A stretch of 63,922 bases of DNA, counting the filler, from Chiloscyllium plagiosum (Eukaryota): assembly GCF_004010195.1 (NCBI RefSeq). It is 3 parts of one record of this genome, joined end to end, with 100 filler letters (N's around TTAATTAATTAA, not from the genome) between each part and the next. Parts side by side here need not be neighbours in the genome. Positions count along the whole stretch, not along the records: positions 24,707 to 55,780 come from NC_057713.1; positions 55,881 to 63,922 come from NC_057713.1; 1 more part is not named here. One strand, given 5' to 3'. The position numbers were made by a program, and so were the translations under genes. This document shows positions 47,923-60,956 of this stretch, one piece after another. The stretch's first letter is position 1, and each line of letters opens with the position of its first letter. The notes under the pieces are model-generated. The model was given only the letters and a program-made list of their open reading frames with translations, had not been told where the DNA came from and searched no databases.

Positions 47923-48961
47923 TGTAACAGAGTCAGCCAGGTGGACCTCATAGAATCTGAGTTCCCCGATTCCCTGAGGAGCCCTGGCTGACAGATAGAA
48001 ACAGGTGTGTCAGAGGTTCTGTTCACTCTGAGAGCTCACTCTGAGGGAGCTGGAGCAGTAGCAAAGGACTCCCCATTTGTGTCAAGGAGGGGACTGACTC
48101 CGAACTGGCTGCCCACATCCATGTGTTACTGCTGTTGTTGGTTTCTGTTAAGGAAGAGAGTTTCTTTTCTTTCCCCTGGTCTAGGGAAGACATTTGATTT
48201 TTGATTTTCTTTATTGTTTTTTGTGTTTGCTTTTCTGGTTTTCTTTCTTTTTTCCTTTAATTTGAGCTACCACCACCACCGCTGCTGCTGCTGCCTGGGC
48301 CTGTTCCCACTGCTACTGCCTGGGCCTGCTCCCACTGCTGCTGCCTAGGCCTGCTCCCATTGCTCCTGCCTGGGCCTGCTCCCACTGCTGCTGCCTGGGC
48401 CTGTTCCCACCACTGCTGCCTAGACCTACTCCCACTGCTACTGCCTAGGCCAACTCCCACTGCGGCTGCCTGGGCCTGCTCCCAATGCTGCTGCCTGGGC
48501 CTGCTCCCAATGCTGCTGCCTGGGCCTGCTCCCACTGCTACTCCTGGGCCTGCTCCCACTGCTGCTGCCTGGGCCTGCTCCCACTCTTGCTGCCTGGGCC
48601 TATTCCCACTCTTGCTGCCTGGGCCTACTCCCACTCTTGCTGCCTGGACCTACGCCCGCTGCTGCTGCCTGGGCCTATGCCCACTGCTGCTGCCTGGGCC
48701 TACTCCCATTCTTGCTGCCTGGGCCTGCTCCCAATGCTGCTGCCTGGGCCTCACCTACACTTGACGATTGTTGCTGGTGTCTGGGGCCTGCCTCTACCGC
48801 TGCCTGGCAATAAAAAAAAGAAAAGAATGTAAACAGGAGTGTCAGAGTTTATGCTCACTCTGAGAGCTGGTTCTGAGGGAGCTGGGTCTGTGTTAAGGTC
48901 TCTCCACATCTCAATAAAGGGGACTTGGTGGCAGGATACTGAATTCTTCGGTGTTATTTCA
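47923..48961 (+). mobile_element. Two overlapping-homology LTR-like segments (47923-48100, 48829-48961) around a minisatellite
   Basis: Starts TGTAAC and ends TTTCA; shared AAACAGG.GTGTCAGAG...CACTCTGAGAGCT...TCTGAGGGAGCTGG; AATAAA at about 48913; no clean TSD. Confidence 0.5.
48291..48752. repeat. 25-bp minisatellite, about 18.5 copies (CTGCCTGGGCCTGCTCCCACTGCTG)
   Basis: Direct periodicity: units start at 48291, 48316, 48341 and so on. Confidence 0.95.
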
Positions 48962-49199
48962 GTATGCATCTAAATAATAATTAATTTCAAATGACAATAT
49001 GATACATATACTGCCTCATTAACTCTTTGACCATGTGAAACAACTTCATTTTAATCTCATGTACAAACATACAAACAAAAGAGAAGGAATAGGCCATTCA
49101 GCCCCTCAAGCCTGCTCCAGCATTCAATACAATTGTGGCTGATCTCATCATACTCTCAGCAAATTTTGATTTTTATTCCATTATCCAACTTGTTAATGA

Positions 49200-52100
49200 A
49201 TATGGTGAATAATTGAAGTCCCCATACAGATCCCGGTGGGACACCACCAGTCACATCCTGCCAATCTGAGTACTTACCCACTATTCCAACTCTGTTTCCG
49301 AACAGTCAACCAATTTCATGTCCATGCCAATAGCCTGCCCTCAATTCCTAGAGGTTCCATCTTAGCTAACAGTGTCTTGAATAGGACTTTATCAAAGGCC
49401 TTCTGGAAGTCCATATAAACAACACCCATCAACTCACCCCTGTCCACCACATTCGTCAAGTCTGCTATGAATCCATGTGGACTCTCCCTGGTTAACTGAA
49501 AACTTTCACGGTGATCAGTTACCCCAGCCTTCATTCTAGACTCCAACCATTTCCCCATCACAGATGTTTGTAATTCCCTGGTCTTGCTCTGTCACGCTTC
49601 TTAAAAAGCGGAGCAACTGGGAATTTTTCAATCCAGAGGGATGACTGCTGAACCTATTGAAGTCTGAAAGATTATAGTTAGAGCATCTACAATGTGCTCC
49701 CTACTTCCTATAACACCCCTCGATGGAAAGCATCAGGGTCCTGGGGCCTTATCACTCTTTGAAGCTGCTAATTTCCTCATTACTGACATTCTACTCACAC
49801 TAATTTTATTCAGTCCTTCTTACTGATTTGGTTATTCCTGGCCGTTATCCCTTCAAGTTGCTCTTCTAAGCTGTTCTGTGACCCTTTGTATTTAAACCAT
49901 TTGGCAGGACCTGTGGCTATTTGTTTTTTCATTTTTGTAAGCCCTTCCTTTTTTAGCTTTATACTGTCCTTTATCTCTTTATTATCTGTGATTGTTTTTT
50001 TTTGTCTGAAAACTGGACATTTTCCTTCTCAGGGATATAAACAGGTTTTGTATTGTGTTAAATGTTTATTTAAACATCTTCCACTGACTGTCTGTTGTTT
50101 TGCCCACGAGCAGATTTTCACAGTTTACAAATGGACAGTCTTTGTACTAATTGACTACAGTTCAGCCTTCAGCACTATTATCCCCTTGAGACTGCTTACT
50201 AAACTTAGTGATCTCGGGCTAAGCCCCACTCTCTGTAACTGGATCCTCAGTTTCCTGACCCACAGGCCACAATCAGTGAAGATTGGGGACAATATCTCAT
50301 CCTTACTAACACTCAACACTGGAGCCCCCCAGGGGTGCGTACTCAGCCCCCTACTGTACTCACTGTATACCCATGACTGCATCACCAAATACCCGACTAA
50401 TGCCATTTACAAGTTCGCTGATGACACCACCATAGTTGGTCGAATCTTAGATGGCAACGAAACAGAATACAGACGGGAGGTGGAAGACCTGGAAAAATGG
50501 TGCACTGAGAACAACCTAGCTCTCAATGTGGGCAAAACCAAGCAACTCATCATTGACTTTTGGCGGGATGTTACTCATGCCCCCCTACACATTAACAGCA
50601 CAGAGTTAGAATGAGTGGAGAGTGTAAAGCTCCTGGGAGTGGTCATCCACAACAAGCTTTCTTGGACTCTTCATATGGACGCACTGGTTACAAAGACCCA
50701 ACAACGTCTCTTCTTCCTCAGGCAGCTGAGGAAATTTGGCATGACAGTGAATACCCTTACCAACTTTTATAAGTGCGCCATTGAAAGCATTCTGTCTGGA
50801 TGTATCACTACCTGGTATGGCAACAGTGCCATTCAAGATCGGAGACGGTTACAGAGAGTGGTGAACTCGGCCCAGACAATCACAAAGACCAACCTCCCAT
50901 CTATAGAATCCATCTACCAGGCCCGCTGTCAAGGAAAGGCCGCCAGCATTCTCAAAGATCCATCCCACCCTGGCAATGTTNNNNNNNNNNNNNNNNNNNN
51001 NNNNNNNNNNNNNNNNNNNNNNNNNNNNNNNNNNNNNNNNNNNNNNNNNNNNNTCTACCCTACTGTTGTTAGAATACTGAATGGACTGTCAAACTCTTAA
51101 CTTTCGCCTGTACCTGTGTTTTTGTTTTTGCTGCTGTTTACCTAGTATTTACTATCTACGCTACTTAACTCTGTGATCTGTCTGTATTGCTCACAAGACA
51201 AAGCTTTTCACTGTGCCTCGGTACACGTGACAATCAATTCAATTCAAATTTAAATTCATGTTGTTAAAGTCGGCCTTAACTAAATCTAAAACTTTAGTCG
51301 CTGATTTATGCATTTTACTTTCAAACGCTACATTGAACTCAATCATGTTATGATCACTATTTGATAAATGTCCACACATAATTAGGTTACTAATTAAATC
51401 TGGCTCATTACTCATCACAAAGTTCAATGTTGCTTGTTCCCTTGTTGCATCCAGAACATATTACTGTCAGAAATTTTCCCAGACATATTCCAGAAATTCA
51501 TAGCCTTTCTGACAGTTGCTTGTCTGCCTATCCCAGTCAATGTTAAAGTTAAATCCCCCATGAATACTACCCTGGATTTGCTACACAGTGGCCTACTTTC
51601 TGCATTTATACAATCTAGCAGGTCAGAGCTGCTACCGTGGAGTCTGTACATAATGCCTATTACAGTTTTAGATCTTTTACTGTTCCCCAGTTCCACCATA
51701 CAGTCTCCAGTGAACACTTTCCTCTCATATTCTCCTTCACCAAATGAGTAACCTATCCCTGTGTCCAAGTCATCAATATCAATTATAAATAGTTGGAGTC
51801 CAAGGACCAAACCCCGTGGCTGTTAAAAGGAATAATGAAAGGAAATGTGCCAGGGACATCAAAATCCACTAGTCACATCTTGCCAACCAGAAAACTAGCC
51901 ATTTATCCTGATTCTCTGCTTTTTGTTGATTCATCTATCCAAACGAATCATCTATCCAAACTAATAAATTACCCCTACCCCATGTGATCGTACCTTTTTT
52001 GTGGCACTTTATCAAACACCTTGCTGAAGTCCAGATATACTACATCTATCAATCACCATTACCCACTTTGCTTGTTGCACCTTTGAAGAACTCTAGCACA

Positions 52101-52390
52101 TCAGTTAAAAGCATTTATCAATCTTCATTGAACCATGCTGACCCTGATGGATCGTATGTGGACTTTCTAAATTCCAATAATTACTTCCTTAATTATGCAT
52201 GCTACCAATTTCTCAATGACAGATGTTAAACCAACTGAGTAGTTATTTCCTACTCTCTGAGCCCCTTCCTTTTCGAATAAGGGGATATTAACATTTTTCC
52301 AACCACTGGAACTTTTTCCAATTGCAGAGGGTTTTGGAATATGATAAGGAATGGATCCATTATCTCTGCTGCCACTTCCTTTAAGATTCT
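49200..52390 (-). mobile_element. Old CR1 fragments (RT and AP-endonuclease parts) split by Rex1
   Basis: VVYMDFQKAFDKV at 49316-49561; LSNSDHNMIEF at 51239-51427; IGIMYR...VVFMGD at 51424-51810; further RT remnant at 51750-52390. Confidence 0.7.
50150..51246 (+). mobile_element. Rex1/Babar-type LINE, RT to 3' end
   Basis: [12 protein letters not shown]...[20 protein letters not shown]...[10 protein letters not shown]...QQRLFFLRQLRKFG...ESILSGCITTWYG; tail GTGACAATCAATTCAATTCAA; 73-N gap at 50981-51053. Confidence 0.88.
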
Positions 52391-52469
52391 CACAATTAAA
52401 TTAGACCAGTTTTTTTAATAATTCCATATCTTTTTGTAATTGAACTGAAATTTCATCAACAGACATGGT

Positions 52470-53350
52470 AGGATACACTTTGACCCCTTTAGCCCTAAGA
52501 ACTGTATCTAACTTCTTCTTGAAAACACACAATGTTTTGGTCTCACTTGCTTCCTGTGGCAGAGAATCCCACAGGCTCCCCACTCTCTGGGTGAGGACAT
52601 TTCTCCTCATCTCAGTCCGAAATGGCCCAACTTGTATCCTTAGACTGTGACCCCTGGGTGGGACCCCTTGGTGGGACCCCTCCCCCTCCCCCAGTCATTG
52701 GGATCAGCTTTCCTGCATCTAATGCTCTTAGCATTTTATAGGTTTCTATGAGATTCCCCTCGATCTTCTAAATCCTAACTGACTCAGTCTCCCTTCACCC
52801 ATCAGACTTACCATCCCAGGAATCAGTCTTCACTGCACTCTGCCCATATCCTTCCTCAAATAATGAGACAAAGTACTCCAGGGTTGGTCTCAGCAGGGCC
52901 CTGTACAATCGCAGCAAGACATCCTCACTCAAAGGAGGAGAAAGTGAGGACTGCAGATGCTGGAGATCAGAGTCGAGAGTGTGGTGCTGGAAAAGCACAG
53001 CCGGTCAGGCAGCATCCGAGGGGCAGGAGAGTCAACATTTTGACCTTATGCTGCTGCTCCTCGGATGCTGCCTGACTGGCTGTTCCTTTCCAGCACCACA
53101 TTTTTTTGCGCACGGAAATAGACCCTTCGGGCCAACTCATCCATGCTGACCAGATATCCAAAATTAATCTAGTCCTATTTGCCAGCACTTGGCCCATATC
53201 CCTCCAAACCCTTCCTATTCATATACCCATCCAGATTCCTTTTAAATGTTGTAATTGTACCAGCCTCCACCACTTCCATTGGCAGCTCATACTATACATG
53301 TACCACCCTCTGTGTGAAAAAGATCTGTCTCAGGTCATTTTAAAATCTTT
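52470..53350 (-). mobile_element. CR1 3' fragments with a fold-back Neptune-pLTR unit at about 52937-53101
   Basis: MRRNVLTQRVGSLWDSLPQ; inverted GCTGGAAAAGCACAG arms. Confidence 0.75.
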
Positions 53351-53425
53351 TAAATGTTGACACATTGAACCATCAAGTGATGGACCTCCTGCTGCTTGCA
53401 CCTGGGCAGACAGAATAGTCCACGA

Positions 53426-53744
53426 AGCGACTCAGTGGTTAGCACTGCTGCCCTGCAGCGTTCGATTCCAGCCTCGAGTGTCTGGCTGTGTAGTGTTTGC
53501 ATATTCTCCCTGAGTTTGCATGGGCTTCCTCTGGGTGCTCCGCTTTCCTCCTGCAGTCCAAAGATGTGCAGGTCAGGTGAATTGGCTGTGCTGAATTGCC
53601 CCATAGTGTTCAGGGATGAATAGGTTAGGTGCATTAGTCAGGGGTAAATATAGGAGAATAGATCTGGGCGGGTTACTCTTCAGAGGGCCAGTGTGAACGT
53701 GTTGGGCCGAAGGGCCTGTTTCCACACTGTAGGGATTCTATGAT
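53426..53744 (+). mobile_element. HE1 SINE
   Basis: Head, V-domain, GGGCCGAAGGGCCTGTTTCCACACTGTAGGGATTCTATGA. Confidence 0.85.
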
Positions 53745-54982
53745 CGATGAAGAGTCTGGTTTCTAAAGTGTTTTTGACTGATTGTCCCAGTCCATCCAGT
53801 CAGGGACCTGCTGTAAATAACTCCGTTTCAAGAAGATTAAATAATGCATGATGTTTGAGTGTACAAGAGCACTCATCAGTAATGTTTACCGCAGTTGATT
53901 TTAGACTCAGAACAAACAAAGAACAGTGCAGCAGAGGAACAGGGCCTTCAGCTGTTCAGGCCTGCGCTGACACATTTTAAAACTCAGGAGTCGGGGATGT
54001 TTTGAGGAGAGGTTTTAATTCAGAGTCTGAAACGTACCCTTCAAACTCAAAGCCGAAGGAAACAGGGACCTAAATAAGTCGATTAGATGGAATCCTCAAA
54101 GTTAAACCCGGGGTTTCAAGATCCCACAGAACTATGGAATGTAGGAATTATAGAGGGAGGAGGTCAATTGTTCCCTCATGTTGCTTTCAGCCCAAAAGAG
54201 CAATCCTGTCTCATCCCACACGCCAGCTCTCAAACAGCCATGATCTCCCCATCTGATCTTCACAAACTGAGCTTGCAGTGTGAGGTACTCTTTAAGATGC
54301 AGAGAAAGGTAATCATCTCCATCAGTGAGATCTCCCCTGCCCCCCCACCCTCTGAATGAAAGTAATTCCTCGCTACCCTCCTTTGAGCTTTCCGCCAATT
54401 CCTGTAAATCTCTGCTCCCTGGTTATTGATCTCGCTTGTCAATAGGAATCACTTCTTTATCCAGTCTATCTAGTCCCCTCATAATCGGATACATCTCGAT
54501 TAAAACTCCCACCAACTCCTCTGTTTCCAATGAAACAGTCGCTGGTCAGTTCTTAGAAACATTGAAAATAAGAGCAGGAGTAGGCCATTCAGAGTCACTT
54601 ACAGAGGCCATTCAGCCCTTGGAGCATGTTCCAGTTGGCTGATCATCCAACCGTGTGCTCCTGTTTGCTCCCTGCATTCTCTGATCCCTTTAGCCCCAAA
54701 AACTATATCTAACCCCTTCTTGAAAACATTCAATCTTTTGGGCTCAACCATTTCCTGTGGCAGAGAATTCCACAGGCTCTGGGTGAAAGGTGTTTCTCCC
54801 CATCTCAGTCCGAAATCAATCTTTCCCCATCTCTCAGAATGGCCGGAAAAGGAGCTGGAGCCTGTAACTAAATGTGACAGGAGCCAGTAGGGAATGTCAG
54901 CTCTGCAGTGGGAAGCTTACCTCGTGTCCCCGCTGTGCCTGTTAGACTCTGTAAGTGGCTCGTCCAATTGCTCACTAGAGGT

Positions 54983-55535
54983 CATAGAAACCTAGGAGAT
55001 AGGAGCAGGAAGAGGCCATTTGGCCCTTCGAGCCTGCTCCACCATCCATCACGATCATGGCTGATTGTCCAACTCAACAGCTGAACCCTGCTTTCTCCCC
55101 ATAACCTTTGATCCCATTCACCACAAGTGCTATATCCAGCCGTCTCTTGAATAAATTCAATGTTTTGGCATCGACTATGTCCTGTGGTCATGAATTCCAC
55201 GGGCTCACTGCTCTTGGGGTGAAGAAATGTCTCCTCATCTCCGTCCTGAATGGTCCACCCCTGGTGACTGTGACCCCTGGTCCTGGACACACCCACCATC
55301 GGGACCATCCTCCCTGCATCCAGCCTGTCTAGTCCTGTTAGCATTTTATAAGACTCTATGAGATCCCCCCTTCAGTGGTCTGAACTCAAGTGAAAAACAA
55401 TCCTAACCCAATCAACCTCTCCTCACACGTCAGTCCGGCCATCCCCAGAATCAGCCTGGGAAACTCTCGCTATGCTCCATCGAGAACAAGAGCATCCTTT
55501 CTCAGGAAAGGAGACCCAAACTGCACACACTATTG
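54983..55535 (-). mobile_element. CR1 LINE 3' end
   Basis: MLTGLDRLDAGRMVPMVGVSRTRGHS and 3' UTR. Confidence 0.8.
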
Positions 55536-55632
55536 TCGATAGTCTCCATTCAATACTGTACCGATCCATCTACCTAGCAAACCCCTTCGAGGGACCGTAA
55601 GATGTTCACCGCGTGTGTGCAGATGGCAAAGA

Positions 55633-55780
55633 CTGTGGTGCTGGAAAAGCATGGCAGGTCAGGCAGCATCCGAGGAGCAGGAGAATCGACGTTCCAGGCA
55701 TAAGCCCTTCATCAGGAATGGGGGGAGGGGGAGGGGGCTGAGAGATAAATAGGAGGATTGGGGTGGGGGGGAGGTAGCTA
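55633..55780 (-). mobile_element. Neptune-type PLE terminal repeat running into a gap
   Basis: GGTGCTGGAAAAGC...CCCTTCATCAGGAATG then the G-rich 3' region. Confidence 0.75.
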
Positions 55781-55880
55781 NNNNNNNNNNNNNNNNNNNN
55801 NNNNNNNNNNNNNNNNNNNNNNNNTTAATTAATTAANNNNNNNNNNNNNNNNNNNNNNNNNNNNNNNNNNNNNNNNNNNN
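55781..55880. other. Artificial 100-bp scaffold linker (44N-TTAATTAATTAA-44N)
   Basis: Same construct as 24607-24706. Confidence 0.95.
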
Positions 55881-57432
55881 GATAAGTCCCCTGGGCCGGA
55901 TGGGATTTATCCTAGGATCCTCTGGGAAGCAAGGGAAGAGATTGCCGAGCCTTTGACATTGATCTTTAAATCGTCATTGTCTACAGGAATAGTACCAGAA
56001 GACTGGAGGATAGCAAATGTGGTTCCCCTGTTCAAGAAGGGGAGTAGAGACAACCCTGGTAATTATAGACAAGTGAGCCTTACTTCAGTTGTTGGTAAAG
56101 TGTTGGAAAATGTTATAAGAGATAGATTTATAATCATCTAGAAAAGAATAATTTGTTTAGGGATAGTCAGTATGGTTTTTTGAAGGGTAGGTTGTGCCTC
56201 ACAAACCTTATTGAGTTCTTTGAGAAGGTGACCAAACGGGGAGATGAGAGTAAACTGGTTGATGTGGTGTATATGGATTTCAGCAAGGTGTTCGATTAGG
56301 TTCCCCACAGTAGGCTATTGTACAAAATGCAGAGAATGGGATTTGTGGGAGATATAGCAGTTTGGATCAGTAATTGCTGAAAGAAGACAGAGGGTGGTGG
56401 TTGATGGGAAATGTTCATCCTGGAGTCCAGTTACCAGTGGTATACCGCAAGGGCCGGTGTTGGGTCCACAGCTGTTCGTTACTTTTATAAATGACCTGGA
56501 TGAGGGCGTAGAAGGGTGGGTTAGTATATTTGCAGATGACATTAAGGTCGGTGGAGTTGTGGATAGTGACGAAGGATGTTGTAGGTTACAGAGAGACATA
56601 GATAAGCTGCAGAGCTGGGCTGAGAGGTGGCAAATGGAGTTTAATGCGGACAAGTGTGAGGTGATTCACTTTGGTCGGAGTAACCGGAATGCAAAGTACT
56701 GGGCTAATGGTAAGACTCTTGGTAGTGTAGATGAGCAGAGAGATCGCAGTGTCTAGGTACACAGATCCTTGAAAGTTGCCACCCAGGTTGACAGGGTTGT
56801 TAAGAAGGCATACAGTGTTTTAGCTTTTATTAATAAGGGATCGAGTTCCGGAACCATGAGGTTATGTTACAACTGTACAAAACTCTGGTGCGGCTGCACT
56901 TGAGTATTGTGTATAGTTCTGGTCACCGCATTATAAGAAGGATGTGGAAGCTTTGGAAAGAGTGCAGAGGAGATTTACTAGGATGTTGCCTGGTATGGAG
57001 GGAAGGTCTTACGAGGAAAGGCTAAGGGACTTGAGGCTGTTTTTGTTGGAGAGAAGAAGGTTGAGAGGTGACTTAATAGATAATCAGAGGGTGAGATAGA
57101 GTGGGCAGGGAGAGCCTTTTTCCAAGTATGGGGACAGCGAGCATGAGGGGGCATAGCTTCAAATTGAGGGGTGATAAATATAGGACAGATGTCAGAGGTA
57201 GTTTCTTTACTCAGAGGGTAGTACGGGTATGGAATGCTTTGTCTGAAACTGTAATAGATTCGCCAACTTTAAGTGCATTTAAGTCGTCATTGGACAGGCA
57301 TATGGACATGCATGGAATAGTGTAGGAATAGTGTAGGAATAGTGTAGGTGAGATGGGCTTCGGATTGGTATGACAGGTCGGCGCAACATTGAGGGCCGAA
57401 GAGCCTCTACTGCGCTGTAATGTTCTATGTAT
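55881..57432 (+). mobile_element. CR1/HER1 LINE, RT domain to 3' end (relatively young, disrupted)
   Basis: DKSPGPDGIYPRIL...NYRQVSLTSVVGK...GIPQGPVLGP...IFADDIK...FFTQRVVRVWN; 11-bp x3 repeat at 57314-57348. Confidence 0.9.
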
Positions 57433-57449
57433 GTAAAAACCGAATAGCC

Positions 57450-58565
57450 GGAAGGTGGATAAATCACCTGGACCAGATGGACTACACCCCAGAGTTCTAA
57501 GGGAGACAGCTGAAGAGATAGTGAAGGCATTAGTGGTGATCTTCTCAGGATTGCAGCCAGTGACAAGTGGCATTCCACATGGGTCAGTGTTGGGACCACA
57601 ACTTTTCACTTTACAAATGCAATGATGGCACTTATTTTGAGAGGACTTGAATATAAAAGCACGGATGTACCTCTGAGGCTCTATAAGGCTCTGGTCAGAC
57701 CACATTTGGAGTATTGTGTGCAGTTTTGGGCCCTATATCTCAGCAAGGATGTACTGGCCCTGGAACATGTTCAGAGGAGGTTTACGAGAATGGTCCCAGG
57801 AATGAAAAGCTGAACATATGAGGAACATTTGACGACTCTGGGTTTATAGTTTAGAAACATACAGAATACTGAATGGCCTGGACAGAGTGGATGTTGGGAA
57901 GATGTTTTCTGTGGTAGGAGAGACTAGGACCCAAGAGCACAGCCTTAGAGTAAAAGGGAAGATTTTTTACAACAGAGATAAGGAGAAAAGTCTTCAGCCA
58001 GAGAGTGGGGAATCTATGGAATTCATTGCCACAGGAGCTCAGGTCATTGAGTATATTTAAGACAGAGATAGATAAGTTCTTCATTGTCAAGAGGAGAAAG
58101 CAGGAAAATGGCGTTGACAAACATATCAGCCATGATTGAATGGCAGAGCAGACTCGATGGGCTAAATGGCCTAATTTCTGCTCCTATATCTTATGGCCTT
58201 ATAGAGCTTTTTAGAACCATTAGAGGTATAGACAGATTTAACGGTGGTTGTCTTTTCCCTATGGCTGGGGATTTCAAGACTAGGTGGCACATTTTTAAGG
58301 TGAGGGGAGAGAGATTTAAAGAAGACACAAGGGGAAAATAATTTGCACAGAACTTGGTTCACGTGTGGAATGAACTTCCTGAAGAAGTGGTGAATGTGGG
58401 TACAAATACAAGGTTTAAAAGACAGTTAAGTAAGTACATGAATAGGAAAGGTTTAGAGGAACATGGATCAGGAGCAGGCAAGTGAGACTAGTTTAGTTTG
58501 GGCTTAAGTTCAACATGGACTGGTTGGACCGAAGGATCTGTTTCCATGCTGTGTGACACTATGAC
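57450..58565 (+). mobile_element. Internally deleted CR1 plus an adjacent CR1 3' end
   Basis: DKSPGPDGLHPRVL, LYKALVRPHLEYCVQFW; two tails end near 58200 and 58565. Confidence 0.75.
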
Positions 58566-58643
58566 GTGGTTATCTCATTGAATGGCAGAGCAGATGTAGT
58601 GGTCCTCTGTGCAGGTCTGACTGAATTATAGTGTTTCATCTCC

Positions 58644-59208
58644 GAGAAAGTGAGGACTGCAAATGCTTGAGATCAGAGTCGAATAATGTGGTGCTGGAAA
58701 AGCACAGCTGCTCAGGCAGCATCCGAGGAGCAGGAGGATCGACGTTTCAAACATAAGCCCTTCATCAGGATTGAGGCTTGTGGGCCAAGGGGGCTGAGAG
58801 ATAAATGGGAGTGAGATGGAGCTGAGGAAAGGGGGGGGGAGGGTAAGTGAGGAAACTGGTGAAATCCACATTGATCCTGTGTGTTTGGAGTGTTCCAAGG
58901 CCGAAGATGAGGCGTTCTTCCTCCAGGCGTCAGGTGGTTCAGATTTGGCGATGGAGGAGGCCCAGGACCTGCATGTCCTTGGCTGAGTGCAAGGGGGAGT
59001 TAAAGTGTTTAGCCACAGGGCAGGGGGGGTTGGTTAGTGTGGGTGTCCTACAGATGTTCTCTGAAATGATCCACAAATTGGCGTCCTGTCTCCCCTGTGT
59101 AGAGGAGACTGCATCAGGTGCAACGGATACAGTGGATGACGTGTGTGGAAGTGCAGGTAAATCTCTGTCAGATGTGGAATTTATCTGTACTTCCACACCC
59201 CTCATCTA
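58644..59208 (-). mobile_element. Neptune-type PLE 3' end (GIY-YIG relic plus pLTR) with short 5' inversion
   Basis: Minus-strand ...PVAKHFNSPLHSAKDMQVLGLLH; 59180-59207 is an inverted copy of 59135-59162. Confidence 0.8.
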
Positions 59209-59229
59209 AATGGATGAAACACAGAGAGC

Positions 59230-60070
59230 TAGCACATAGGTAATCAGGAAGGTTTATGGAATGTTGGCCCTTATTTCAAGGGGGTTGGGACATAAGAGTA
59301 AGAAAGTCTTACTGTAGCTGCATAAGGTGCTGGTGCGACCACAATTGGAGTGCTGTGGGCTTTTTGGTCCCCACACTAAGTAAAGATATTATTTCATTGA
59401 AGGCAGTTCAGAGAAGGTTCACTAGGATGATCCCCAGTAGGAAGGGGATGCCTTATGAGAAAGATTCAACAGGTTGGGACACTACTCACTGGAATTTAGA
59501 AATCCATTGAAACATATAGGATGCTTAAGGAGTTTGATAGTGTAAAAGCTGAGAGGATATTTCCCCTCATGGGAGAGTAAGAGACCAGATAAGTCTCAGA
59601 ATAAAGGGACACCAATTTAAGACAGATTAGGAGAAATTACTCTTCACTGAGTCTTTGGAACTCCTTGCCACGCAGAGCAAGGGGCAGAGTCCTTGTGTAT
59701 GTTTAAGGCTGAGGTAGATTCTTGGAGAAAGTGTGGACTGCAGATGCTGGAGATCAGAGTCGAGAGTGTGGTGCTGGAAAAGCACAGCCAGTCAGGCAGC
59801 ACCCGAGGAGCAGGAGAATCGAGGTTTCCTGATGAAGGGCTTATGCCCAAAACGTTAATTCTCCTGCTCCTCGGTTGTTGCCTGACCTGCTATGCTTTTC
59901 CAGCACCACACTCCTGACTGAGATAGATTCTCGATCAGTCAGGGAATCAAGGATTACGGGGAAAGGGCAGGAAAGTGGATTCGAGGAATGTCGTTTCAGC
60001 CATGATCCTGTTGAATGGCAGAGCAGGCTCAGGAGCTGAATGGCCTCTTCCTATTGTTATTTCTTATGGT
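59230..60070 (+). mobile_element. CR1 3' part containing a fold-back pLTR insertion (59723-59917, 14-bp TSD)
   Basis: CTGAG(G/A)TAGATTCT at 59709-59722 and 59918-59931. Confidence 0.8.
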
Positions 60071-60553
60071 TTTATGGAACTGTCTTTGACAACAGTTGTA
60101 ATTAACATTGTCAGCAATATTCTGCTTCACTGGACAGATGGATGGAGATCCACTCAAACAGTGATTCGTCAGACCATGAGAAACTTTGGTGAGATAAATG
60201 GTCGAGATAGGTGAGTCGCATTCCCAGTTGTACACACGCTGAGATATGAAGTAATGAGCAGAACCAATATGGAGCAGCTAGGCAGAAGCAGAAAACACCA
60301 CAGGGTAAAAAGAAGATGAGTAAGACCCAAAGGAAAACTATTTCACAAGAACCAGCAAAGAAATGATGGGCTGAATGGCCTTGTTCTGTGTCATGTGATT
60401 CTCTGATTATGAAGTAGAAGCCACAAAAGTGCGAACTGGAAGAGTATGGCATCTTTTCATGATTCACTTGTGGGATGGGAGTAGCAATGGCTGGACCTGC
60501 ATTTATTGCCCATCCTGAGTTGCCTTTGAGGACATGGCGGTGAGCTCCCTTCA

Positions 60554-60893
60554 TCATTGAATCCCAATAGTGTGAAAGCAGGCCATTCAGCCCATGACAT
60601 CCACGCCAACCCTCTGAACAGCATCCCACCCAGACCCCCCTCCTACTCTGTCCCATAACACTGCACCTCCCACAGCTAACCAAACTATCCTGCACATCCC
60701 TGGATACTATGGGCAATTTAGCATGGCCAATCCACCTAACCCGCACATCTTTGGACTGTGGGAGGAAGCTGGAGCAAATCCAGACAGACACAGGGAGAAC
60801 GTGCAACTCTACACAGACAGTTGCCCAAAGTTGGAATCAAACCGGGTCTCTGGCACAGTGAGGCTGCAATGTTAATCCCTGAGCCACTGTGCC
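60554..60893 (-). mobile_element. HE1 SINE
   Basis: Head, V-domain and tail. Confidence 0.8.
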
Positions 60894-60956
60894 TCTCAAG
60901 CTCATTGGAAAGAAACACTCAGGAACAGGTTCATTCATAGAATTAGCTCCTGTTTT

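Noticed and set aside
48257..48832. Repetitive Ala/Gly/Gln- or Cys/Leu/Pro-rich ORFs, and a possible CRISPR-like array
   Set aside because: This is a 25-bp tandem unit (not a multiple of 3) with no unique spacers, so it is a minisatellite read in several frames
49886..50614. 242-aa ORF with a hydrophobic N-terminus suggesting a membrane protein fused to RT
   Set aside because: The N-terminus is antisense T-rich CR1 sequence running by chance into the 5'-truncated Rex1 RT frame
60111..60806. 231-aa minus-strand ORF
   Set aside because: It is read-through of HE1, a LINE-B tail and a CR1 tail, with no protein-like signal
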